From: Phoronis australis
Lineage: Eukaryota; Animalia; Phoronida
Assembly: GCA_002633005.1 (NCBI GenBank)
Contig: NMRA01000003.1
Coordinates: 1,091,452 to 1,155,451 of the forward strand
Reading direction: 5' to 3'
Length of the DNA: 64,000 nt
Shown here one piece after another: positions 22,090-35,483 of the stretch. The number at the start of each line of letters is the position of its first letter. Positions within the stretch are counted from its first letter, which is position 1. A program made the position numbers and the translations under genes. A model generated the notes under the pieces. It was not told the origin of the DNA and did not search any database. It saw only the letters and a list, made by a program, of their open reading frames with translations.

Positions 22090-25000
22090 TTATATCTCCT
22101 CGATATGTCCGGCCAGTTTGTACAAGTGAAATATGGAGGCAAGTACTGACAATAAATTCCCCAACGAACTCAAGCCATGAACAACTTTGAACTGGAATCG
22201 CAGCTGCTTCCACCTCTGGTCTTTCTCCACTTTTGAATAGTCATTTTTAGCTCTGAGCGCATCATTAATTCCTGCCTGGGCTTCCACTTCAAACAATTCC
22301 TCCATGACGGACATGTTAAATGGAGTCAGCAGTAAAGCATTGGCTAAGAGAGCCATAAATCCAGCTCCAAGAATTGACATCTGTAACAAGACAGCAGCAA
22401 CTTTGATAATCAACAATGTATGTTAGAGGGATGTATGACGTGCACCAGTCACCAGGTGGCGATACAGTCTCGTCCATGAGTCGGCTCACTTAGAACTGTC
22501 AAACAACATGCCATGGACAACATTTGGTGAGTCCACTCAAAAATAGTTTGTCAAAGAGACAATTTACAAGAAAGGGGAGTAGAAGAATTGAAGCCCAGTT
22601 TTCAAAAGTAGAAATGGTCGCTTGGCATTGCATTTAATGCCCGTTGTTACAAGATGATGTTACGCTTTTTTGCCAGAAAATATTGCATGTGGTTATGCCA
22701 TGACTGGATCTAAGTAAGAAGTACATGGAAGTCCCCTGCAACTTTCTGCCACACATCAAACCTACATTGTGCTGCGTATTTGAAATTTCAAAGATTCTAG
22801 CTCGACCATTTTCAGAAATTACTGATGGGTTACATATCTAGTCCCCCGAGATATGTCTTACCTTCCTACGGGCCTGTATGTAATTGCACAAGGTTGGAGC
22901 TCAGGCAATTCTAATGTGACCTTGTGTGGGGGCATCCCCAAATCTCCCTACGGTCACGAGTGATCTAGTCGCCAGCTGCTTGTGAGCCACTTTGCTGCGG
23001 CTTATCAGAAAAAAATTGCTTTAGCAAGAGTAAATGATTGAAAAATACATGCAAATTATTAGCTTAATATGGTTCAATTGCCAAGTGCTAAAAATCATTT
23101 TAATTATCTTTCATGGTATAAAGTAACTTATATTAATTCCTTATTTTTTACAGAATTCTTTTTGGAAACTAGTGATTTTCAAAGACTGTAGACACGATGG
23201 TGTGTGAACAAGAAAACAGTTGACCATTGCAAGACCTTCACAAATGATGCATCAAAGTTCATTTTGTCCATTATATCATCTCTTAAATTTTATTTAAAAA
23301 ATGGTCACCCATATGCTAAGGCACAAACATTCCAGTCTCATTTAGTGAAAGTAAAGTTATGAAGTTGGAAAATTAACTAACTTATCATCTAGGGTGGTAT
23401 GTTACAGAAAATTACTCTTCACATAAAAAATGTAGCATGACAGCATCCATGGTATTCATTGCAGTGTTGATAAGCTTCCTACAATGTGCTTGAACTAGTG
23501 TCAACTTAATGTAAACAAACAATGAAACAATGTACATACATGCATCAGTTCTGGAGCATCCCAGGAGCCATATGGATTCTCCAACACGTGTGTAGCTATG
23601 ACGATGGCGCACAACACAATCCCCAATTTGAAATATTTGGGGAAGAGTTTAGCTTGTAGCTGTCCAAAGGATTGCCGCGACATGTTGGCAAACATTGTAG
23701 GAGCTGGAAAATGAAATATTGATAAGTCTTTTTACACTGTACTGATCATAGAAGACCAAATGACACAGACACACTGAGCATGAAAAATAAGGGACTTGCA
23801 TTTGAATCAAAAAGTAACAATAGCGCATGGCACAATAGTGAATAATATAGAATACTGCGTCAACAGTTGATAGTGCATAATGGATGATTGACTCAGAGCG
23901 AGAAACAAAGCACTTTGGAGCTCTTATTTCTAAAAAAATGATACTTGGAATTGTCTGAGGTTGAATTATTGAGTGCAGAAAATAGTGATACTTGTTTCTA
24001 ATTTAAAATGTCACTTAGACTGAGTTGCATAAAATCTATTTGCTGGGCTTGTTCAACAACAGCATGGCGTGGTGTTACAGTGCGGCGTTATTGTTGCTAT
24101 GTAGCAATATAACTTTTATGAAGCTGTGCTGCCCTAGGGAATTTTCACCTGTTGCTTACATGGGCGGATCCAGGATTTTGAGTTATGGGGGCCAGGGCAC
24201 AGGAATAACCAGAATTTCGCCACATGCGCACACCCAGCCTAAAATGTAGGGATGCAGGGGTCTAAAATTTTTGGGTTTGTGGACCTTATTACTAAAAAAA
24301 GGTAAACGGGGTTTGTTCAAGGCCTATGCATTGTGCATTTGCCCCCCCCCGAAAGCCCCCCTGGGTACGTGCATATGCTAGTCAGCAATTCACACCCCTA
24401 ACTGTCAAATGGTATCTGGGAGAATTTCATGCCCCCCCCTCCCCCCTAAATCCGCCACTGGCTTATCCATCTGCATAACAGGACCGGGGAAAATGTTTGC
24501 TTTACATCAATGCATCTTTAAACAACAAGTTGAGCTGTTAGTTCAATTAATAGCATAGTAAATTAACATTAATATGTGAGCAAATGAAGTGACTTAACAT
24601 CCCAAGATGGACATAAACCTATCTACTCAACGCAGGTACCTGCCACGAATGAGTGCCATATCTGTGAACCAAACCAGACAGAGAATGCACCCAAGTGTAC
24701 CAGATGCACTATGAAACTGCCGTCCTCATCATCTTTTGCTTGTCTTGTCAAGCTGTAGCCAATAGCACCGCAACCAGCCAAGGCAGCAATTACCTGAGAA
24801 TGGCCCCTATTAGACAAGCATAAGTAGCACATCAATCAGAACATCATTGTAAACTAATAAAGTTTACATCACCGCAACATTCAGAATTTGATTCGCATCA
24901 TACAGCTTTGTATCAAGGGCATAAGAATCATGACAGGCATTGGAATCTTACTATTTCTACTTATAGTGACCTGTTATAAAGCCTTTCGCTGGTTCCAGAT

Positions 25001-27636
25001 TTTGAAAACCCGAGTGTCATCCAATGGACGCGTGGGGATAAGATTGATAAGAAGCTTTTCACTACATCTTGTTCTGCGCACGTTTTTATTACTCTGCGCT
25101 TGCACGCGCACAGTACTGTTGTTCCTGGGTTTTCTTCAATTTTATTCTTCTTATTACTCTGCGCGTGCAAGCAAGCGCAGATTACTGTTGTTCCTGGGTT
25201 TTCTTCAGTTTTATTATTCTTATTCTTATTCTTATTCTTATTCTTATCCTTCTTCCGACCAACTTTGACACTTAATAACTCCAAAATGGTTGCAGGTATG
25301 TTCTTCAAATTTAACATATGATTTTAGGCAGTATATAAATTTTGATTCGTTAGATAATCATATTCCATATTGCACCGGAAGAGGTCATTTGGTGCAAAGG
25401 TCATGTAATTTTCTTTGATAACTGATATTAGATGTCATTTTTGCAAAACAACATTTCATCAAAGTGTTTTCAGAGCTGAAATGAAGTGAATTATTGTTAG
25501 CCAATTTTTAGTTCATTTTAATACACAGCCAGTGGAGTACAATTACCTTTTGCATTTGCAAAAAGGACTTTCCTTGATATAAACATTCAGAATCACAAAT
25601 TTCAATATTTTTTTATTTTCACTGAGGATGCCACCAAAAAAGAAAAGAAAGCTGTCGCTAGTTTCTGATAAACCTGGCTTAGCTCGTCAGCACCTGGAAG
25701 AGCAAAAATACATAATAAGTTATTGGCAAGAAGAAGAATATGAAGACTCTGCTTTGGACTATGATATACATGAATATGAATTAGCTGCAGATTTTGTTAA
25801 TAAAGATTTAGTTTTATGCTGAGAAAAAGTGTCACAACACGTATTGGGCTGGTAGGGTACTTATGTTGAGGATGCTATGTTTTGTTACGTTGTGAATATG
25901 CTGATGAAGTACTAGTTTACAAACAATCCCGGGTCTTCCGGTGTGCCAGTTACCATTACAATTTGGCGAGTCTTGTTTTGCAAGACTTTTTTTGTGTAAA
26001 TTAGTATGGTAATATTTCATCGTTACCGTTATTATTTGTTTATTTCATTATCAAATAATGGCATATTTTGCACCACCTGCTGGCAATTTAAAAACACGAG
26101 TACGTTGGTGACATCGCCTTTCCTGTTTGCCAAATTTCTCAATGATCATAATGATGAGAAGGCTACTGCTGACGCGGATTTCTGGGCAGGTTCGACTACT
26201 GTGGTGACCCGTAGTGGCAATTTTTTATTTTTAAAAATTTTTTTACGATTGCCTCGGTGTCATGCGAGTTCCTTTTGGGTAAGTCAATTTTGTATCACTT
26301 TTGACATCAATAGTGTTTTGAAATCAAAACACACTCATTCTACAAAATTGGACACTCATCCACATCTTCTACTACGTGCATCAGTGTTTGAAGTGTCTGC
26401 CTTGTGTGCTTTGTTGGGTATCACACAATGTCTCATACATTGCTCACATCGCTCTGCTCCAAACTACGTTTAGAATCGTGATCAAGGGTGGTGTGCTCAC
26501 ATTGAGGAGAGACTTGCTTTTCAGTTCCGCATTGCTCTTGTTATAGAAAGTGTTCATGTACTTACAATAAAGACGATACTATGGTTATTCAAGTCCGTTT
26601 TGGTGATTAGTTGATTACTACTTAATACTTATTTTCTGCGTATAATTAACAAAAAGGTTGTATTTTTATGTATTGTTACTCTTAATTAAGCTCCCGTAGC
26701 TTTAGAATCCTATTAGTGTTACATCTAGAGAAAGAATTGCGAGAATTTTCTCTTGACTAATTATCTTAATTACAATTAGTTAATCATTCCAGTCGAGAAT
26801 TGTTTTGGTGTTTATCAAACCAGATTCTAAACATAATTATCTTTCAAACAAAAAAAGTTTCATTTAAATTGGCTGAGAATTGGCGAAGTTATGATTATAT
26901 GTTGTAAAAAATACTAATATAATGCGTCATGTTTTGGGCTAAAACAATAGGACAATTAGTAGCTTCAAAAGCGATCGTTACAATGCAATATCTCTGGAAG
27001 TATTTTAGGAACAAAATAAATGTTTAAAAAAATATTTTTGGAAAGCTCTTGATGATAGCTTTCTAATGACATCAAAATTAAATGTAAGTTTTGAAAAAAA
27101 AATTTTGTCACGTCCCTACTTTCAAGTTTGAAAATATAACACTAGGGGGTCAAGTCCGGCAGCTTGCGGGGTCTGCGGTGCCGAGGGCGGAGCGCTGGCA
27201 GGCCGGTCTGTCCCTGCGTTGGCGGTCGTGATGCCACCGGCATATATATTTTATGTGGTCTCAGTCCCAGTATGATGGCATCTGAAGCGGTGCACATATA
27301 AGGCCTGATCGGCTGCCCTGCGCCACGTATCCATTACCCACGGATTGGTGGAGGACACACTGGGAGAAGTTCGCGCCCGCTGTCCCGCTGCCGGAAAGTG
27401 ACGATCCAGTCGGTGATCGTAGTTTAATCAGCAAGTTTTTGCGGGTTTTAGTTGAGAAACGAAATGTGTCGATTTCACTATCAAAAACCGACACATTTTA
27501 AAATGCACGTTTTCACTTTACCCTATATCATGCCATATATCCGTCGGTTCGCCCATTGTTAAAACTATGCATAACGGTACTTTTGAAATAGTCGTTCAAA
27601 ATTATCTTACCTCCCAACTGCACCATTCGACGCCAT
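22090..27636 (-). CDS. TMEM205: Transmembrane protein 205-like (DUF4149), 4 coding exons, ~215 aa
   Basis: Exons 27636-27611, 24806-24640, 23703-23540 and 22380-22090 are phase-consistent GT-AG. Motifs: VHLVHLGAFSVWFGSQIWHSFVA, MSRQSFGQLQAKLFPKYF, QFKVVHGLSSLGNL. The short first exon is less certain. Confidence 0.88.
25083..26542 (+). mobile_element. Probable second Helentron/DINE-like family element with a 68-bp internal duplication and a (TTATTC)n microsatellite
   Basis: Starts TTTTTATTACTCTGCGC..GCGCACAGTA (duplicated), has (TTATTC)n at ~25211-25246 and one TAGTGGC unit at ~26212, and ends GCATTGCTCTTGTT like the other family. Segment 25890-26050 recurs at ~52768-52970. Confidence 0.5.
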
Positions 27637-27667
27637 GTTGAACCCCTCAAGGTTATTCCCATGTTTC

Positions 27668-27746
27668 TATAAATACCCACGTACAACCACATCATGAAAG
27701 ATCACAGCATCACATGACATTGACGTCACGCAAAGGATATTATAAA
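27668..27746. promoter_or_regulatory. Shared head-to-head promoter of TMEM205 and CREBL2 with a CRE and TATA boxes
   Basis: TGACGTCA at 27721-27728, TATAAA at 27741-27746, TATAAATA at 27668-27675. A plus-strand donor GTAAGC at ~27893 suggests a non-coding CREBL2 exon 1. Confidence 0.55.
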
Positions 27747-29621
27747 CAACACTGCAGTCCAGTGTTACATATACGAGTTGCTGGTTAAAATAACAGTTAG
27801 CGACGACGATACTGTGTTATTGAATGTCAAAGGTCTTAAGAAGCTCCACACAGGTTGAAAAACCGGGAAAGGGCGATGAAACTCCAATAACTGTAAGCTA
27901 TTTTCCGAGCGAATAGGTGGCAAAACTGTCCTTGGTTGGAACATCTACCACTTCTCAGTGTACATATACGCTTCATGAGCCTATTTATATGCCTTCATCG
28001 CTGAAATGAACGCCATCTGGATAGCTTGGTAGAGGACTGAATTAGGTAATCCAACTCATTAGTTGTGGCACATTCCTTGGTTTTCGGTATTTGTAAGCTT
28101 CGAGACACTTGGGTTCTAGAACGTTTGTGAGAAACCAAGTTCCCCTTGGCCCTAGTTGCATCTGTAGTTCCTGTATAATCAGGTGAAATTTTTGTTCATG
28201 GTAAAGAATTTAATTTGTAATTATTGGCCTCATTTTCTCCTTTACCGTAACTTGTGTCAAAGAATCGGAGGAATTTGTGATTGAGTAAATGCGCGCACCC
28301 AGCCTTCAATTTGGGGGGCTCGAATTCCTCAAGTCGTGGACCTTATCCTAACACCTAACAAAAACATGGGCGGATTAAAAAAAACGGGAGCACCACTGTG
28401 AAGTTCGCATATGTGCTTATTTAGTGGTCTTTTGTCCAGTTGTTTTGGACTTTTTGTCGCTTGGAGGCGGACCTTTTTTACCTACTTCGCCAAATGGGGG
28501 GCTCATTTGAGCCCCCAGAGCCCCCCCCCACCCAGGGTGCGCGCATGGATTAAAACAATTATTGTTTGGTGAATAAAATTGCCACTAGCTGAAAAAAGAT
28601 TAGTTAAATTTTACGTTATGATTTTATTAACATATAATTTGGTTTAGGGCAGTGCAAATTTTATCGTGAAGGTGATTATTTTGAGAGAAATTGTCAAGTT
28701 TCTTCATGTATTCCAAGTTCACGCAAACGCGATCTTGATGAAGATTTCAAGTTCACACACAGCATATGCTAACACGTCGTAACTTTGCAATGTTTTTACA
28801 CAAATTCTAAATGAGTGGGGACTTATTATTGTGTGTGAGCTTGACGTATGCTTAATCTCAAGATCATGACATTTGTGTAAACTTGGAATTTAAATATTCA
28901 TTAAAGCAATCAGGTGAAATGTTTTGTTCATAAAAGTCAGGAATTGTTTAAATATTAGCCCCACGATCACCTATTTCCTCCTTTACCAGTACTTGTGTCA
29001 CAGAATTATTGGAGAAATAGGTGAATCGTGGGTTCACTGCCAATTGTTTGGGGAATAAGATCGTTAATACTAGAGTTGACTAAAAAAGAGGTTTGCATTT
29101 ACATGATTGGTTTAGTGCAGTGCAGATTTTGATCAATGTGAAAGTGATAACTTGAGTGAACTTCCCAAGTTACCTCTGGTATTAAGTTTCATGAAAAGAA
29201 TCCTATGTTGACACCCACGGCAGCTAACTGGTTGAGATTGGACAACTTGGTGTATGTACACATCCCCTTAGACAGCTCTGATTTATTCTGGCTTATGATT
29301 GTGTCACAGAAATGACATTGAGTAATTTAACAACCAAGTCTGGCTTTCCCAACAAGAGCACAGATTAGTCCCCTCATTAGAATAGCTGTCTTTCACTTTC
29401 ATTTCCATGTTTATATCTCTCAGGTAATGACATGACATTTATAATCTCTGTCCACGTCCACTGTGCCGGTGTTAGTTAATGGTAAATGCACAGCCATGAA
29501 GTGTCCATGTGTCCAGGAAGTTCATGTTGCTACTTGATGTTTTGAATTATGACCTAGTATTTCAAACATTTGTCACCGTTGAGGTAAACACCAATGTTTT
29601 GGGTCTTATCTCTAGGTTGAG

Positions 29622-31247
29622 ATGGCATCTGGCTCAGACAATGCACGTCCTGTTAAACGTGGAAAGAGAGGCAGACGACCTTCAAAGATTGATGTTCATC
29701 AGAAGTTAGAGAGAAGTCGCCAGAGTGCTCGAGAATGTCGTGCGCGGAAAAAGCTGAGGTATCAGTATCTAGAAGAGCTGGTGGCCGACCGGGAGAGAGC
29801 AATCTTAGCATTAAGAGAAGAGCTGGAAATGGTGAGCTTTAATTTACATATTTATTGATGACTGAATTTTCATCAGAAAATATCAAATTTGAATGCTTGA
29901 TGAAAGGGTTTTTCAAGACTGATTGTAATTAGTGCGAATAAAACGTCTCCGTACTTGCCTACATGACACTCATTATTTCGGAACAAGAAGAGGCTAACTC
30001 GACACTAGCAATGCCATCTATTGACTAGCAAAGAAACTAAACAATATTGAAACCAGGTGAGGTAAAGGTATACTTGTTGTTCCAGTTAGATTTCTTTCTT
30101 GGTCTAACAATGTTGAGTTCTGGAACCATTCCAAAAGATTTATTTTCATAGTTTGGTCAATTTGAAATACAGACCATGACTTTTCTGTACCCATTTCTGA
30201 CCCACAGTACAATTTATGGAAATTCAGAACTGGCAACCTTGCTAACTCTCAGATCCATAATTCCACTGGTTGGAGACCAGTTTATTGGTGGGAGTATTTT
30301 AGAAATTGGACAAAGTCATTAGACAAATCTTACGCTAACACAATTTGCACGCAAGTGGAAGAGAAATCATGTACCCCTGATCCAACAAAGTCCTTGGTAC
30401 CTCAAAGACCTGATAGCGCAATCACGGATTGAAGTGAGCTAGTTCCTATTCATGGGCTTTAAACTACGTGGCGGAACATGCTGGGTGAGATAACTGCAGT
30501 TGTAAACCAACACGCCTGTTCAGCATACGAGATTCAAAATCAAAAACCGAACAATAAGTAAGGCAAACGAACAACATGACCGTTTTTAAAATTGAAAAGT
30601 AAATATTAGCCGTCTTCGCAAACCGAGGCACTAAAAAGAAATTAGAAAAGCGATTTGCATCAGCATCGTGGCTAGCTTTGAGAATTAATTTGTGAATAGA
30701 TTAAGATGGGTTAGTCTGCACAGTCTGGCTTAGGATCGGCGTTGGGGTAACTAAGCTCCAAATGTTAGCGTAGGAGTTGTCTCATGGTCGCACTCAAATC
30801 GTAGCATTGGTTCAACAACTGCAATATATTTCTCAAGTTTGAAATGTATTTTATTAAGCTCGCAATATACTAGACAGACACATAATGTGCCTCTGCTGTG
30901 ATAAAACATTTTAAAGTTAATAAAATTTATTTGCTCAAATTCAGCTGCAATGCTTCATCAGGTTAAATAGCTTCGTATTGTTGCAAATGCATCTTGAAAG
31001 ATACTTGTCATGCCTTTCCAAACACACTTGTTTAATGCTGCTGAAATAAAATTTACATAAACAGCATGCAAAGTTTCTTTATGTTGTTTTTCATTCAACC
31101 AAAAGAAAGTGTGTATAGTGGATTTGTTGTGATGGCAATTGGTTTTGTTTCCAGTACAAACAGTGGTGTCAAGAAATGGATAATGGGAAGATTCCTGAAG
31201 AAATTCTCAAAGAAATGAAGATTGAAGCTTCTGTCAGTAAAAAATGA
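29622..31247 (+). CDS. CREBL2: CREB-like 2 / REPTOR-BP small bZIP protein, 2 coding exons, 100 aa
   Basis: Exon 29622-29831 (KIDVHQKLERSRQSARECRARKKLRYQYLEELVADRERAILALREELEM, donor GTGAGC) plus exon 31155-31247 (YKQWCQEMDNGKIPEEI...KK*); diagnostic CREBL2 sequence. Confidence 0.95.
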
Positions 31248-33695
31248 AGATCATCTGAAGGATGGAATCTAATTTGGAAGACACTGTGTTCACATGAAAC
31301 ATGGGTTTTTCAATGGACCTCTTTTATAATTGTTGACTCTTAAAGTGGCCATGAAAGCCTGCATTCCGTAAAGAAATAAACTTTGGGTCTTGATCACTGT
31401 CCTCCATTAAACTGAGCTCAACTTGTTCCTCACTCAGATGAGAAATGGTTTCTTGCTTCGACAAAAAAGTGTTTGTTATTGCTCTAAGTTGAAAATGACC
31501 CGCCGTGAAGAACCAATTAATAGTGCTTGATCTAAGCTATGTAAGTTCTACGCAAGCCCAGACATCGGTCTGATCAATCATGGGCGGATCCAGAGGGGTC
31601 AAAGGGGTCCGGACTCCCTTTTTTCCCTTGATTTTAGTGATCAATAGCAAACCTAGAATTTTCAAGTTGTTGACTTGAACCCTCTTTTTAAAAAAGTCCT
31701 TGAACCTACCCCCTTTTAAAAAATCCTGGTTCTGCCCCTGTTGGCTAAGCAATGATTTGAGATCAATTTCAGACAGTGATAAGTGCTCTAAATCAAATTA
31801 GGTTTTGTGCAGGAAGGCTGAGCATAAACTTGGAAGTGACTGGTGCACTCAAAGACTGTGGACAAAGTTGCAGAGAAAATTCTGAATACTGGCGAGAGTT
31901 CGGTATTGTATGTCTGTGATAACTATCAAGCATGTGAAGTGCAACAGTGGTGCATGTTGAACTGTGGTTTCTTGACGGTATATATTAATACACAATAAAT
32001 GTCATTGACCAAGGTATGTTTTTGTATGCTTGAATTATGACTAGTTTAATCCTGTGAGCAAAAATCATCCCAGAGTAACCGAGGCAAACAGACAACAAAT
32101 GAAAGTGCATTTTCTCACTAAGTGTTAAAATGCCATCTCAATTTTAATGCCCTTAGTTTTTCAGTACTTGTTATGGTTGTTATAAGACCCATTTCACTTA
32201 AGTGGTGGTTTCTGATTATGGTTGTTTATTTACAGTCTGTTATTTTACGACCAGTGTTACGTTTCTCCTCCCAATATGGCTGATACTTGGTACAACGTTC
32301 GGTTTAGCCTAATTTTGACCAAGATGAACCTGGCCGTGATACATTACTTGTCATGCATGCCGCCTAGAGGTGTTGCTATTCGCAATCTGACCAATCAGAC
32401 GCAGTAGAAACTATAAACCCATACAAAAAAGGAAGCAGACAATACTGGTTCATCAAAGCAGATGACAACTTAATCTAATGAGAGATTGAAAAACCAAGGA
32501 AAGCAGCACCAGTAATCTCTTAATAAAACAAATACTGATCATATCAGGTCATGTGCATCCCAGGAGAGCAACATTGCTTTCCCTCTGTCCATGTGACCGA
32601 ATATCACCCTCAGGATCGTTCCATATTTGTAAAATGTTGACAAAGTAAGTCGTGGATTAAGCCTTTCCATCCATGTTGCCCTGACATTCAGATGCTGCTA
32701 TTTGTGATCATACCTGACACTGCAGAAACCATCAACCCCCAACTACGTAACGAGCAGACGGTGTCAGTACATGAACATGCCACGAAAAAAAAATGTGAGG
32801 AAAGAACCCCCAGTCAAACAAGTATTGACCGATCCCTCGGGAGTGCATCATAGCTCTCCCTCATTCCATATGACTCAATATCACCCTAGGAACGGCCAAT
32901 TATGTAGTTTTCATTTATTCAAGACCATGTTCAATGTACTGAAATCCCTCATCTAACTTCCAATTCGATTTCCCCCAGTTTTAAACATCTACCATTTTTG
33001 CCCGTTCTTTTATTACTATTTTATGCGAGACAGTTTGACGGGAAATTATCAAAAGTACATGTAGGTGCTTTCCGTCATACTTACAAAAATAGCGTTATGG
33101 ATGTTCTAACTGTTAAAGTAACATTGAGTAACTATTCAAAGTATTTTCCAACTGACCACAGTCGATTTGACAGTCATGATGGGAGTGGTACATAATGAAG
33201 AGATGAAACAAAAATAATGGAGCTCCAATCTCTTTATTTAAGCCCAGTTCACACATTTCTTAGATTATTCCACATCACACAAATGAATGATAAATCCCAA
33301 AAATATTTGAGGAAAAATTAGTTCAACTGTACTCAGTCTGTTGAGTGTGTTGCAACATCTCACACCTGTAACAACTGTTGCTTAGTGAGAGAGCAGTGGA
33401 TTTGACTGGCATAATTCTAGCAAAACGGACACCACTACAGGGAATTGAGTCAACCACACGAAGGGTTGAATCGAGCGAGTATACCACAAACTCAGTACCC
33501 ACAATGCCTTTTGGTAGCGCAAATATAGATGATGCCAGGCATATCCTCAGAATGGCTCGTCTTAGTCAATGCAACTCTAAGAACTCGACTACCAAACCAC
33601 ACTGTTAAATGGAATTATAGCACAATCTCACCACTAACTGATTGACCCCAGGTTATATTAGTCCTTTAACATGGATATTTACTACTGACCTATTC

Positions 33696-33773
33696 AACCA
33701 ACTATGGTTGGCAGCGGTAAACAAAACCAGCTATGGTTGGCAGTGGTAAACAAAACCAGCTACGCTTGGCAGT
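33696..33773. repeat. 29-bp minisatellite, ~2.7 copies
   Basis: Unit AACCARCTATGGTTGGCAGYGGTAAACAA. Confidence 0.85.
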
Positions 33774-35110
33774 AACTTTGTGACGTAACATCCTCGATAT
33801 AGCACAATTCAAATATCCAATATCAAAAAAACCAATACTAAAAATCTAAAATTCAACAGATCAGGTTAACTCATAACAACAAAATAGGGTGTGACTTAGA
33901 AAACACTATAGTCGATTAAATTCAATAATATTTACCATAACAAGCACACACAACTGGGTTATTTCTGTTCCCATTGTACAATGTTATTTGAAAGGAAAAA
34001 CATTTCACTAAGCAGCAGTAGTGTTTCAGTATTATTGAATAAAATGATACGTCACTTGCTGCTTACAAGATTGTATACAGTACCCTAGAAAAAACCTTAA
34101 AATCGGTGAAATTCTGGAGAAAAAATTGCCGCTAATTTTTAAATGGCTAAGGTATTTTTCATTCGATTTTCATAATTTGAGGTAGCTATGCAAATTTCAG
34201 TGCGTTCTGCCAACAGTCAACTCAACATATAACTTGAGCACATTTCAAAAATGAAGTCAAAACAACACATCTTGGTCAGATGAAAAGCAGTGTTCTGACA
34301 CAGCTAATTAACATCACACAAGTGGGTCACCAGTTACCTTGGCATGACCCGAGATACCAATACTGGATGAGTACCAATATATACAAGTTTAGCTCCCAAA
34401 ATAAATTATCACAAAAATTATTCTGCGATCCTAAAATTAAATAAATGAGTAGTGACATTCCACCAACTAGCTGTAGTTTAATCAGACATTTCTATACAAA
34501 ATTGCATTGCCTGATAAGACTAAGCAGCTTCAGAGAAACTTGTCATTTACACAGCACTCTTCTTATAGTATATACAACATAGAATAGAATTTCCCAAATT
34601 TAGCACTAAAAAACACTTAATATATATTACAAGGAATTTCATCCATTACTTTGAAATAAGTCTCTGAATATTGGAGCATGTACATCAATGCTCTAAAAAT
34701 TTAATTAGGTGACGATTTCTCTATTTGACGAGACTCAAACATTATGCTTGGAAGATGCAGCAAAATTATCAACATGACTGGTTCCTTAACAGTGGTGTTC
34801 AGTCGGCAGAAATATGATACTTGCTATCCCCCAATACTATCTTGATCAGTAAAAAATACCAGGTAATAATCCAAAGAGTTACTACCTGTTGGAGGTAAGG
34901 CGTTGGTGAGAAAATGCTGCGATGTTCTTTAGAAGATGCTCGCGGTTGGTTTGAACCACTGTGCTAAATAGGAATGACAGACAGAGTACAACAAAAGTTG
35001 AATACTTCCATTTTTAGAGGCGATAGCTCATAAAAGGGATACATAAAATATAACAAGTCCTTGGCAGTCATTCCCCGTATCTAGACCATCGTAGGCTTAG
35101 CAGGAATTGG

Positions 35111-35483
35111 GCCGTCCCAGATTACACGGCACTCCAATCTCGCTATATTTACCCACAATGCCGACATCCACCAGGCACATTTGCTGCCTCGTTTTCGTGC
35201 CATTAAAGTTTGACAGTGCATTTGTTGTTGTCTGATTCTTTACAAGTTTTTCTCAGTTACATTACCCTATTCGTCCTTCCAATGCCAACGAAGTATTACT
35301 GCTGTGACGTGGGTTGCAACCCCGACTTGAGAAAGTTCGATAAACTGGACAAATTTAATATGCAATGTGAAATTCTCCGCCTTCCCGACATCAATGAGAC
35401 ATGAAAATGTGCCTAATTTCCAAAACAAGGTCAGGCGCTTTCTTTTATCTCCAGAGTTCTATCGCCGTGTAATCCGGGATGGC
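35111..35483 (+). mobile_element. Internally deleted TIR DNA transposon carrying a THAP-domain N-terminal remnant
   Basis: 20-bp TIRs GCCGTCCCAGATTACACGGC (35111-35130) and GCCGTGTAATCCGGGATGGC (35464-35483). Inside, MPTKYYCCDVGC starts at 35282 and is followed by a frameshifted VKFSAFP. Confidence 0.6.
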
